Below are positions 1-8,056 of a DNA stretch of 32,000 nt, piece after piece. The notes beneath the pieces were generated by a model. The model did no database searches and was not told the DNA's origin. It saw nothing but the letters and a program-made list of their open reading frames with translations. The DNA comes from Vibrio vulnificus CMCP6 (GTDB taxonomy: Bacteria; Pseudomonadota; Gammaproteobacteria; Enterobacterales; Vibrionaceae). The position numbers and the translations under genes were made by a program. Position 1 is the stretch's first letter. Each line of letters opens with the position of its first letter. The stretch lies in NCBI RefSeq assembly GCF_000039765.1, contig NC_004460.2, forward strand, positions 1,440,001-1,472,000, given 5' to 3'.

Positions 1-2
1 CC

Positions 3-908
3 TTGCTGGCGCCTGCCATGTGTGTGGTGTTTTTAACCACCACTCATGAGCCACCACCGCTGGCGATGATTTTGGTCATGGGGGGAATTCTGTTTATTAC
101 CGCTTGGGTACAGGCGTTCGTAAGCAACCTACTGATTGACTATCCGCAGGTCTACTATCTGTTCTTATTTGGCGTGTTTTACTGGTGTATGGAACGCACC
201 AAAAAGAACTCACAAGACGTGCTGGCGATATTGTTGATTGTTTCCACCGCCATGATTGCGGTATTCACCCAACAAAAAGGGATCGACGTAGAGCAAATCC
301 CATTTGCCTTGTTGGCGAACATCTTCATTGCGGGATTCACAGCCTATCTGGCGTATTTCATCTTCCCCGGTGGTGAGCCACTGGCAGAGAACGTGGCAGC
401 ACGCTCTTCAAGCATGAAATACACGCTCGATTGGCAGACGCTGATGAAAACCATCATCATCATGGTGGTGTTAGTTTTCACCATTCGTCTCGATTTAGAG
501 CAGAGCACCATCATCACCATCATTGTGGCCTTGGTGCTCAAAGATCCCGACCCCATCGTCGGGCGCGATTATGGCGTGAGAAGGCTCATCACCACCTACG
601 CCAGTGTGCTCTATGCAGTGCCGCCGTTGATCGTCAGCTTGTTCCAAGTGAACTTGGTGGGCTCGCTAGGCGCGGCATTGGTGAGTTCGCTCTTTATGGG
701 CATTCATGCGATGGAGAAAAAAGCCAGCTTCAACTCCATTCAACTGATGTATTCGAGCTACGTCGTGCTGGTGTTTTACGGCATCACCTCAACCAGCATC
801 AGCGCCATCAGCGATGATCTGGTGCGCTTTGCCTCGGTGATGTTCGCCGTATTGCTCGGCATCATGAGCTTAATCAGCTTGCTGCCCAAACAACGCAGCA
901 CCAGCTAA
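3..908 (+). CDS. Polytopic inner-membrane protein, 5' end cut by the window edge (FUSC/DUF2955-like, tentative)
   Basis: The ORF is open to the window edge. It has several hydrophobic helices (ILFITAWVQAFVSNLLI, IIIMVVLVFTI, VVLVFYGI, VMFAVLLGIMSLISLL) and is followed by a strong hairpin/T-run. The family name is from memory of similar Vibrio proteins and is not verified. Confidence 0.6.
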   Translation: MLAPAMCVVFLTTTHEPPPLAMILVMGGILFITAWVQAFVSNLLIDYPQVYYLFLFGVFYWCMERTKKNSQDVLAILLIVSTAMIAVFTQQKGIDVEQIPFALLANIFIAGFTAYLAYFIFPGGEPLAENVAARSSSMKYTLDWQTLMKTIIIMVVLVFTIRLDLEQSTIITIIVALVLKDPDPIVGRDYGVRRLITTYASVLYAVPPLIVSLFQVNLVGSLGAALVSSLFMGIHAMEKKASFNSIQLMYSSYVVLVFYGITSTSISAISDDLVRFASVMFAVLLGIMSLISLLPKQRSTS

Positions 909-952
909 ACCAGCGCGCTTTAAACGAAAGCAAAGACGCAAACTCAAGACAC

Positions 953-988
953 AAACAAAAAGCACTGAACTCACTCAGTGCTTTTTTA
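953..988 (+). terminator. Rho-independent terminator, copy 1 of a 34-bp perfect direct repeat
   Basis: AAAAAGCACTGA-actcac-TCAGTGCTTTTTT: an 8-bp stem flanked by an A-run and a T-run, so bidirectional in form. It lies 50 nt after the stop at 908. Positions 953-986 are identical to 2007-2040. Confidence 0.8.
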
Positions 989-1080
989 TATTTGGCGTAT
1001 CTCACTTTACCCCATCAAGATTCCTCGCCCTTCTTTTAGCGAAGTCGCTCAGATTGTGATTGAGATTCATGAACAATAGA

Positions 1081-1108
1081 TTGACACATCACCAAGCTAG
1101 TATAAGAT
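1081..1108 (+). promoter_or_regulatory. Candidate sigma70 promoter of the toxin-antitoxin operon
   Basis: TTGACA (1081-1086), a 16-nt spacer, then TAAGAT (1103-1108), about 70 nt upstream of the antitoxin ATG. A short GTACG..CGTAC inverted repeat at 1115-1133 could be an autorepression site. Motif inspection only. Confidence 0.45.
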
Positions 1109-1174
1109 TTAAGCGTACGGACAAGTGACGTACATTAGGTTTGAAGTGAGAGCGGAAAATAAGTAGGTACAACT

Positions 1175-1465
1175 ATGTCTGCACTAAAAAAAGAACGTGT
1201 GGAATTGAGAGTCACAGCAGAAGAGAAAAGGGCACTTGAAGAAGCCGCCTTGCTGAGCAATACCACCGTGAGTCGGTTCATTGCAGAAACGGTCGCGCAG
1301 AGAGTGGAATCGGTAATCGCGGAGCAAAAGCGATTGTTGGTCGCTCATGAACAATGGGAAAGTGTCATGTCTGCGTTGCAAAACCCTGTTGAGCCCACCG
1401 AGTTAATGAAAGAGATTCTAAGTTCATCCATGGAGGATTCTTGGTCGGTAAAAATCAACAAGTAA
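1175..1465 (+). CDS. DUF1778 (ribbon-helix-helix, TacA-like) antitoxin
   Basis: 96 aa. The N-terminal RVELRVTAEEKRALEEAALLSNTTVSRFIAETV fits the RHH pattern of DUF1778 antitoxins. It overlaps the downstream GNAT gene. Confidence 0.8.
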   Translation: MSALKKERVELRVTAEEKRALEEAALLSNTTVSRFIAETVAQRVESVIAEQKRLLVAHEQWESVMSALQNPVEPTELMKEILSSSMEDSWSVKINK

Positions 1466-1989
1466 GCGTTGAGCGATACGACGCCGAATCAGACTATGAT
1501 TTCGAACCATTTGACTGTGGCATTGAACACCTCAATCAGTTCCTCAAGTCGAGAATGCATAAGGAAGCAGATAAGGGGCTACTGGTCCCTTATCTTTGTT
1601 TCTACCTCAATGATGAGGGGAAAAAAGAAGTCATCGGTTACTTCACTCTCAGCAGTGGCAGTATTGAAAAAGCCGCGCTGACGGTCAGGCCAAGGCGGGA
1701 TGTCTCCTATTCAACAGTACCTTGCATCCTGCTCGGGCGGCTTGCTGTGTGTCAGTCTGTTCAGGGGCAAGGCTTGGGCAAATTCTTGCTCGGTAAAGCC
1801 ATTTTGCAATCACTCGTCAGTTCCAAAGCCATTGGCGTTTATGCCATCGCATTGCGTGCCGAGGAACATAACTGGCCGTTTTACCTTCAAGCGGGTTTTA
1901 CTCAGTCTAAGCACCATGATGGCAAAACCTTCTTCTACTCATTGAAGCAAGCTGAGCAGTACTACAAAACGCTCGCCAAGCCACGTTAA
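1441..1989 (+). CDS. GNAT-family acetyltransferase toxin (TacT/AtaT-like)
   Basis: It has the acetyl-CoA motif QSVQGQGLGKFLLGKA and a C-terminal WPFYLQAGF segment typical of GNAT toxins paired with DUF1778. The start is uncertain: TTG at 1441 overlaps the antitoxin by 25 nt, and there is no in-frame ATG nearby. Confidence 0.8.
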   Translation: MVGKNQQVSVERYDAESDYDFEPFDCGIEHLNQFLKSRMHKEADKGLLVPYLCFYLNDEGKKEVIGYFTLSSGSIEKAALTVRPRRDVSYSTVPCILLGRLAVCQSVQGQGLGKFLLGKAILQSLVSSKAIGVYAIALRAEEHNWPFYLQAGFTQSKHHDGKTFFYSLKQAEQYYKTLAKPR

Positions 1990-2006
1990 ATCAGAACGGT
2001 AATCAA

Positions 2007-2042
2007 AAACAAAAAGCACTGAACTCACTCAGTGCTTTTTAC
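2007..2042. terminator. Rho-independent bidirectional terminator, copy 2 of the 34-bp direct repeat
   Basis: Same hairpin as at 953-988. It sits between the converging stops of the GNAT gene (1989) and the minus-strand gene (2083). Confidence 0.8.
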
Positions 2043-2082
2043 TTTTCAATGTTTTCTGGTTGGCGCGTTTTACGCTTTGCTA

Positions 2083-3081
2083 TTAAAGGCGAGAATCATC
2101 AAGGCCGACGAAATTCTCAGCAGGCTGCGCTTGGCACCAGTCCCACGCTTTTTTCGAAATGTCGTACATCCCTTTCTCCGTATGGGCAAATTGCCAATCC
2201 TTTAAGCTGATTTCAACAATCTTCTCATCGATCTTATCGAGGAAGGTGCCGCTGGAAGCATGGTACATCTCACGTAATGCTTGCTGATTTTGCTCATCGG
2301 TAATGCCGTACGCTTCAGGTTGATGCTTCACCGCACCAATGCTTTCCGCCGATAAGGTCACGTCTTTGATCATATTGGCGCAAATGGCCCATTGTGATTC
2401 CTTTGCTGAGGCCAACTCAGGCGGAAGGTGGTCAAAGCTCGGTGTCATACCTAGCCACGGTTCATCTAGGCCAGTGGGTAGGTTGTGGGGGGCATGCTCT
2501 TTCAGCGGAGCGAGTTTCTTATTCATTTTACGCACTTCATTGGTCGCCAACTCCCATTCACGCTGCGAGCGATCCGCTTCTGCTTGCTCGAGTGGTTCCA
2601 TCTCTGCATAGAGATCTTGAAGCTGCTTCTCTAGTGCTTCGATCTTATTCCAGTGCGCGTCGGAATCGTCATTGCGGCTATTCAACTCATCTAGCTCAGC
2701 TTGCAACTTCTCTTCTTTTTCTTTCAGTGCGTAATAACGCTCTTCGTCATCGTCGCCATACTGATCGATACAAGCTTCTAGGCGTGCGTCCGTCACCCCA
2801 AGCACTGATTTCACGCCATTGGTGTAGCAAAGCTCATATTGGCTCTCATCTCCCCTCATGCACTTATTCATAAACTTGCGAAAGCCTTGAATAATGGTGG
2901 CTTCCGATTTGCCACTACAAGCCGCAAATTGGGTAAATGCGCCAGAGTCTTTCATCCAAGCGATTTGTGTATTGATGCCCAGTTCGATCTGGTTTTCGGT
3001 GAGTTTGATAGCCTGAGTTGGCATCGCCAATGTCATCGTAGAAACGGCCAACAGCGCGCGAGAAATCGTAGAAAATTGCAT
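2083..3081 (-). CDS. Secreted/periplasmic protein of unknown function with an acidic coiled-coil centre
   Basis: It has a signal peptide MQFSTISRALLAVSTMTLAMPTQA, several Cys residues in the mature part, and a central acidic heptad-like stretch (EKEEKLQAELDELNSRNDDSD...LEKQLQDLYAEMEPLE). I recognise no family. Confidence 0.65.
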   Translation of the reverse strand: MQFSTISRALLAVSTMTLAMPTQAIKLTENQIELGINTQIAWMKDSGAFTQFAACSGKSEATIIQGFRKFMNKCMRGDESQYELCYTNGVKSVLGVTDARLEACIDQYGDDDEERYYALKEKEEKLQAELDELNSRNDDSDAHWNKIEALEKQLQDLYAEMEPLEQAEADRSQREWELATNEVRKMNKKLAPLKEHAPHNLPTGLDEPWLGMTPSFDHLPPELASAKESQWAICANMIKDVTLSAESIGAVKHQPEAYGITDEQNQQALREMYHASSGTFLDKIDEKIVEISLKDWQFAHTEKGMYDISKKAWDWCQAQPAENFVGLDDSRL

Positions 3082-3505
3082 GGTATACCTCGAAGGGTGT
3101 TACACCCATTTGATGTCCTTATTCGGTCACATCGCACCCATAAAAACGGCACAAAATGTAACCCATTTATTTTGTGGTAGATAATGACAGCCTTGTACAA
3201 AGTTTCAACAGCTAAAGCATAAAGAAAGCAGCAAGATCACAGAGTTGAGATTGATGGGAGTAATGGGATGGTGTGTTGATAGGAGGGAACAGGTTAGGAG
3301 GAAGAGAGGATGTTAGATCAAAATTAACTTATGCCCTAAATCATAGATAATCAGGAAAAGAACCAATCTGAAGTAGTTCGTAACTTGTGTCGGCACATAA
3401 CACTGATTAACTCACACTTTATGCATATAATTGTCGCTAGAATAATAGCTAAATAAGTATAAACGTATATATTAGTTTCATAACTGTTTAGGTAGGATGT
3501 GGTAA

Positions 3506-5035
3506 ATGGAAACAATCTCGTTAATATACTTATTTTCTTTCGCTTTAGTTATTTTATTTATTATTTTTCTCTTTTTAGTTAGGAGGTCTATAAAATTAGG
3601 TGGGAAATTAGAAATTACAAGAACTCAATTGTTAGTGGCAGAAGAGGAAGTTGAAAAGTATAGAGAGAAATATGCCAAGGTCATAGACATTGAAACTGAA
3701 TGTGAGCAAATAAAAAAACAACTAGAATCAGATAAGAAGGAAATTGAAGATAAGGAACGCAAAACACTACACGAAATAGAACTAAAGAGAGATGAAGCGA
3801 TTACGAACCGTCAATTAGCAGAACAACAAATCAGAGACTTAAAGAGCGACTACATAACTAAGAAAGCTACCTATGACTCTTTGACTCGTCAAATCGCAAT
3901 TTTTAGTGAGGACATTGAACTTATTGAACTGGGTTTTTATGAACCAAAATTCGATTTTGATGCATCCGAAGTATTCAAAGAAGAAATAATTAAATGTAAG
4001 GAAATTCAGAAGAGTTTGTTAAAGAATAATAATTCTTCTTCTGGTGCGATTTATTGTAGTCGAGAATGGACGGTGGATGGTTCTCGAAGTGAAGGAAAGA
4101 AAATGACGCACAAGAGTATTCGCCTTACCGCTAGAGCTTTCAATAATGAGTGTGAAGCAGCGATTGCCAATTGTACGTGGAAAAACGTAACAAAGATGGA
4201 AGAACGCATAAAGAAAGCTTTTATTGCAATAAATAAACTAAATGAGTCGAATGCGATATATATAACTGAGCTTTATCTCATGGAAAAATTAAAAGAGCTC
4301 CAGCTAACTTATGAGTATCGAGAAAAGAAGCAACGTGAAAAAGAAGAACAGGCAGAAATTAAAGCACAGATGCGTGAAGAGGCAAAAGTAGAAGCTGAAA
4401 TTAAAAAAGCTGAAGAAGAGGCCATTAAAGAAGAAAAACGTTATCACAAAGCACTAGAAGCAGCTAGAAAAGAGCTAGAGAAAGCGAGTGATGAACTCAA
4501 AGCAGAATTAGAAAAACAAATTGTGCATTTACAGGCAAACTTAGAAGAAGCTGAGAAAAAACATCAACGCGCACAATCAATGGCGGAGCAAACTAAACAG
4601 GGGCATGTTTACATAATTTCGAACATAGGTTCATTTGGAGATGATGTTTACAAAATAGGCATGACTCGCCGTTTGGAACCAATGGATAGGGTTAGAGAGC
4701 TTGGGGATGCTTCTGTGCCATTTACATTTGATGTACATGCAATGATTCATACTGATGATGCTCCGATGCTAGAGAAGAAACTCCACGATAGGTTTGATGG
4801 TCAGCGTTTAAATATGATTAACCGTCGAAAAGAGTTTTTTGGTGTCTCGTTGGAAGAAATAAAATGTGCGGTTAATGACTTTACTGGACAATCTGTGGAG
4901 TTCATTGAAACAGCAGTCGCACAGGATTACTACGAAACACAGGCTATGAACAAACAGCGACTTGCTCGAGAGGGAAAATTGAACCAAGAGTTACCGCGAT
5001 CTAACTCTTTACCCCAATTCGCTGATGTTTTGTAG
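3506..5035 (+). CDS. Membrane-anchored DUF4041 + T5orf172 (GIY-YIG-superfamily) nuclease-like protein; putative anti-phage effector
   Basis: N-terminal TM helix (ISLIYLFSFALVILFIIFLFLV), then coiled coil. The DUF4041-like core is residues ~115-280 (LGFYEPKFDFD...WTVDGSRSEGKKM...RAFNNECEAAI). A K/E-rich coiled coil follows. The C-terminal T5orf172 motifs are at nt 4601-4870 (GHVYIISN...VYKIGMTRR...RVRELG...RRKEFF). AGGA lies 9 nt before the ATG. The gene is much more AT-rich than its flanks. Confidence 0.85.
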   Translation: METISLIYLFSFALVILFIIFLFLVRRSIKLGGKLEITRTQLLVAEEEVEKYREKYAKVIDIETECEQIKKQLESDKKEIEDKERKTLHEIELKRDEAITNRQLAEQQIRDLKSDYITKKATYDSLTRQIAIFSEDIELIELGFYEPKFDFDASEVFKEEIIKCKEIQKSLLKNNNSSSGAIYCSREWTVDGSRSEGKKMTHKSIRLTARAFNNECEAAIANCTWKNVTKMEERIKKAFIAINKLNESNAIYITELYLMEKLKELQLTYEYREKKQREKEEQAEIKAQMREEAKVEAEIKKAEEEAIKEEKRYHKALEAARKELEKASDELKAELEKQIVHLQANLEEAEKKHQRAQSMAEQTKQGHVYIISNIGSFGDDVYKIGMTRRLEPMDRVRELGDASVPFTFDVHAMIHTDDAPMLEKKLHDRFDGQRLNMINRRKEFFGVSLEEIKCAVNDFTGQSVEFIETAVAQDYYETQAMNKQRLAREGKLNQELPRSNSLPQFADVL

Positions 5036-5076
5036 AAAACAGTATCCAATAGACATAAAGAACTGATTCAGCAAAA

Positions 5077-5108
5077 AACGCCACTCCCCGAGTGGCGTTT
5101 CACTTCTT
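5077..5108 (+). terminator. Probable rho-independent terminator
   Basis: AACGCCACTC-ccc-GAGTGGCGTT (10-bp stem) followed by TTCACTTCTT, 42 nt after the stop at 5035. The U-tract is interrupted. Confidence 0.6.
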
Positions 5109-5272
5109 AGCCTCTTGCTCCACCTTTAAGACTCAGAACGAAAACAGCGTCAGCTCGCAAGGGTTGCGCTGTTTATGCAATGGGTGTCACTTCTGTGATA
5201 GTTTCCCACTCCTAACCTGAGAATGCGTGATCCGATTTTGGAGCCACGCATCATTTCACGTCAGGAGGAACT

Positions 5273-6189
5273 ATGGCAAAGCGAATACTTTTTATTCATG
5301 GCCGAGCGCCGAAACCAGACAAAAACGATTTACAAACATTGTGGTTCGACGCCATTCAACATGGCTTATTACGAGATTACGGCGAAAGCCGTGTTCAGGC
5401 GTTTAAGCAGATAGAAAAGCGATTTATCTACTATGGCGATCTTTCAAACGAGCTGCTCGACGCGCCAACCGAAGATCCGCAAAGTCGTATTGATGCGCTG
5501 AAAAAACTCAAGCAATACCCACGCAATGGCTTCACCAAAAAGAACTACAAGAAGGTCTCAAAAGCGGGTTTCTTAGCGGAAGCCTTGGCAGACACATTCT
5601 CGGCGGTATTGGGCCATTTAAAACTGGCAGAGCCGCTGATCACCAGTGTCGCCCCCGATATGGCGCATTACTGGAATGAAGACAGTTATTACGGCAGTGA
5701 CTTGCGTTCGCGACTGACCAAAGATCTGAAAGAAGCACTTGATAGTGGGATGAGGTCATGATGGTCGCGCACAGCTTGGGCAGCATGATCAGTTACGATT
5801 GTTTGTGGAAGCTCTCTCATTACGGCGAATATCGCCACGACTACGGCGCTGAAAAGAAAGTCGATCTCTTAGTCACTTTAGGTTCGCCGCTGGGGGATGA
5901 AAACGTGAAGGCGCGTTTGAAAGGCAGCAGCTTAAGCGGTAAAAAACGCTACCCACTTAACATTGACCAGTGGTGCAATATTTCAGCGGAAGACGATTAC
6001 ATTTCTCACGATAATCGCATCAAAAACGATTTCAAAGAGATGCTGCAACTAGGCTTAGTCAAAGGCGGGATGAAAGACATTTACCCCATCTACAATTTGT
6101 GTGTGAGAGATGGGCAGTCCAACCCTCATTCTGCGATTGGTTATTTGGTTCATCCGAAGTTCGTTACCGTGCTGAACCAGTGGATGTAG
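5273..6189 (+). pseudogene. Alpha/beta-hydrolase (lipase/esterase-like) gene interrupted by a 1-nt frameshift at ~5747-5750
   Basis: A strong SD (AGGAGG at 5262-5267) precedes ORF 5273-5761. ORF 5758-6189 begins directly with the strand plus nucleophile elbow MMVAHSLGS, and its frame is open back to 5746 (WDEVMMVAHSLGS). Adding one G to the GGG run restores ...EALDSGDEVMMVAHSLGS. Candidate Asp (AEDDY) and His (NPHSAIGY) of a triad lie in the second half. Confidence 0.7.
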
Positions 6190-6230
6190 CAGTGGGTGAG
6201 TTGCTAACGGCTCAAACCGATTAGCGATAG

Positions 6231-6289
6231 TTCGCTCTATTTACTCAATGGCCAGTGGCATTACTCAGTGGCACCGTAAATAGAGCGAA
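6231..6289. other. Long perfect stem-loop between convergent genes (possible bidirectional terminator or protein-binding element)
   Basis: TTCGCTCTATTTAC (6231-6244) and GTAAATAGAGCGAA (6276-6289) are perfect 14-bp inverted repeats. The 31-nt loop contains CAGTGGCA twice. There is no clear U-tract on either side. Confidence 0.45.
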
Positions 6290-6358
6290 AATGTTGAGTC
6301 GAGATTGGTTTGGTATGGCGCTTGTTGAGCGCCAGCGCCACACGCTCAAAGGCACGAG

Positions 6359-8056
6359 CTAGAATTCGGCATCCACTTGAAAATGCATGCGCTCTTTGCT
6401 GTAAGGGTGGTCAAGTTCAAGCGATTCCGCGTGCAAGTGCAGCCGGTTGGCTTTTTCACCATACAACCCATCGCCGACCATCGGCATGTGCAAACCAAGG
6501 TGATGAGCACAATGAACGCGAAGTTGGTGAGTGCGCCCCGTTCTTGGGTAGAGGTAAAGCTTGCTGCGGCCATCGCGAGTCTCAATCAACTGCCAATCGG
6601 TATGCGCGGGTTTTCCGTGTTCAAAACAGACCAGTTGGCGCGGTCTGTCGTCTGGGTCGCCTCGCATGGGCAGGGTGATTTCCCCTTGGCTTTGCGGCAC
6701 TTCACCTTCCAATAGCGCCACATAACGCTTTTGCACGCCACGAGAAATAAACTGCTTTTGCAGGCTCTTGTTGGCGCGACGGGTGAGGGCAAACACCAAT
6801 AGTCCCGATGTCGCCATATCTAGGCGGTGAATCACAAACGGCCCTTCCACGTCAGGGAATAGCGCTTGCAAACGGGTATAAGCGGAATCGGTAATGGTTT
6901 TTCCCGGCACCGATAACAGCCCAGACGGTTTGTTGACAACGACCATCGCCTCGTCTTGATAGACGATTTCCAGCTCTTTGTCTTCTGCCCAGTTTTCTTC
7001 CAGCGGGTTCGGGTCCATGTTCAGCCCTTGCAGCATATGGCCCAAAATGGGGTGGCATTTACTGTGGCATGATGGGTAAAACTTTTTGTGTTGGCGCACT
7101 TCCGATTTCGGCGACACACCCCACCAAAATTCCGCCATTGCCAGTGGCTTCAAGCCGTGGGTAAAAGCGTACTGCAGCAGTTTTGGTGCGGCACATTCGC
7201 CAGAGCCTGCTGGCGGCACAGGGCTGGTGGTTGGTGCGAAAATCGCGTTGAGATCGCTCTGCTCCCCGCGCACATTGAGGAAGCGATACTGAGCAAACAA
7301 TTTGTGTTGCAAGGCGTTCGATAAGGTTTTGCGCTGCTCTTTGAGCGTATCGAGTTGAGTAAGCAGCACTTGCAAACGTGCCTCTTCACTGGCGAGTTGT
7401 TCATCCCACTCCAGTTTGAGGTATTTGAGTACGTTTTTCTCAGCCACGCTTTGTTTGGCGAGATCATCCAACACCGCTTTGAGCGCATCGCCAGTGAGCG
7501 TTGCTTCCGCTTGCTCGCGCTGTTGCTTGCGTGCGGCGCGCCCTTCAATCATGGCTTGGCGTTGGGCTTGTTCTTGCGCTTGGTAAGCTTGGCGGTCAGC
7601 CTCAATTTGCTGGCGAAGTTGTGCCAGCTCTGCGCTTTGCGACAACTGTTTTACTTGATGATTGATGTCGGTGATTTCCGACAACTCGCGGCGGAAAAAG
7701 CTCTCTTCTGCGAGCATGTCAAACACCGGTGGCACAAAACCGGGCAATAGGTTTTGGTCGGCAATTTTGCCCGAGAACGCGCTCAAAAAGCCGATATCAC
7801 CTTGCGCATTTTCAACCAACAGCACGCCAAACATTTTGCCAATCGCGCTTTCATCGTCACTCACCACTTCGCCGTTCAACAAGCCAAAGTTGTGCTGCCA
7901 CTCTTGCTGAGTGAGCAAATGCTGTTGCAACTGCTCTGCCGCTAATACACACAACGGATGCGGTGTGTAGTAAAACGGGAAGGTAAAGCGCTCGGGCAGG
8001 GCGTAGCCGTCGATAACGGTGGTGAAGGGGGTAAAGCAAGGGTCCGGCGTGTGCAT
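6359..8056 (-). CDS. RluA-family pseudouridine synthase with a long N-terminal extension
   Basis: The C-terminal ~210 aa carry RluA motifs (VVVNKPSGLLSVPG, HRLDMATSGLLVFA, GRTHQLRVH). The ORF track starts at TTG 8077. I prefer ATG 8056 because a TACAAT -10-like hexamer (complement of 8092-8097) lies just upstream. Confidence 0.85.
   Translation of the reverse strand: MHTPDPCFTPFTTVIDGYALPERFTFPFYYTPHPLCVLAAEQLQQHLLTQQEWQHNFGLLNGEVVSDDESAIGKMFGVLLVENAQGDIGFLSAFSGKIADQNLLPGFVPPVFDMLAEESFFRRELSEITDINHQVKQLSQSAELAQLRQQIEADRQAYQAQEQAQRQAMIEGRAARKQQREQAEATLTGDALKAVLDDLAKQSVAEKNVLKYLKLEWDEQLASEEARLQVLLTQLDTLKEQRKTLSNALQHKLFAQYRFLNVRGEQSDLNAIFAPTTSPVPPAGSGECAAPKLLQYAFTHGLKPLAMAEFWWGVSPKSEVRQHKKFYPSCHSKCHPILGHMLQGLNMDPNPLEENWAEDKELEIVYQDEAMVVVNKPSGLLSVPGKTITDSAYTRLQALFPDVEGPFVIHRLDMATSGLLVFALTRRANKSLQKQFISRGVQKRYVALLEGEVPQSQGEITLPMRGDPDDRPRQLVCFEHGKPAHTDWQLIETRDGRSKLYLYPRTGRTHQLRVHCAHHLGLHMPMVGDGLYGEKANRLHLHAESLELDHPYSKERMHFQVDAEF

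Noticed and set aside
953-2042. Whether the TA module is an integron gene cassette (Vibrio superintegron, VCR/attC).
   Set aside because: The flanking repeats are 34-bp terminator hairpins. They are not ~120-bp attC sites with R''/L''-L'/R' structure and a GTTRRRY core, and there is no intI nearby.
3246-3318. A C-depleted, G/A/T-rich tract (GGGAGTAATGGGATGG...GGAGGGAACAGG...) upstream of the DUF4041 gene, considered as a G-quadruplex or riboswitch-like leader.
   Set aside because: There are only three GGG runs with long, irregular loops, and I recognise no riboswitch motif. It is more likely just skewed foreign DNA.
5223-5414. A 63-aa ORF overlapping the start of the hydrolase gene.
   Set aside because: It is out of frame with the well-supported ORF that begins at 5273 behind a consensus AGGAGG. 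It has no RBS of its own.
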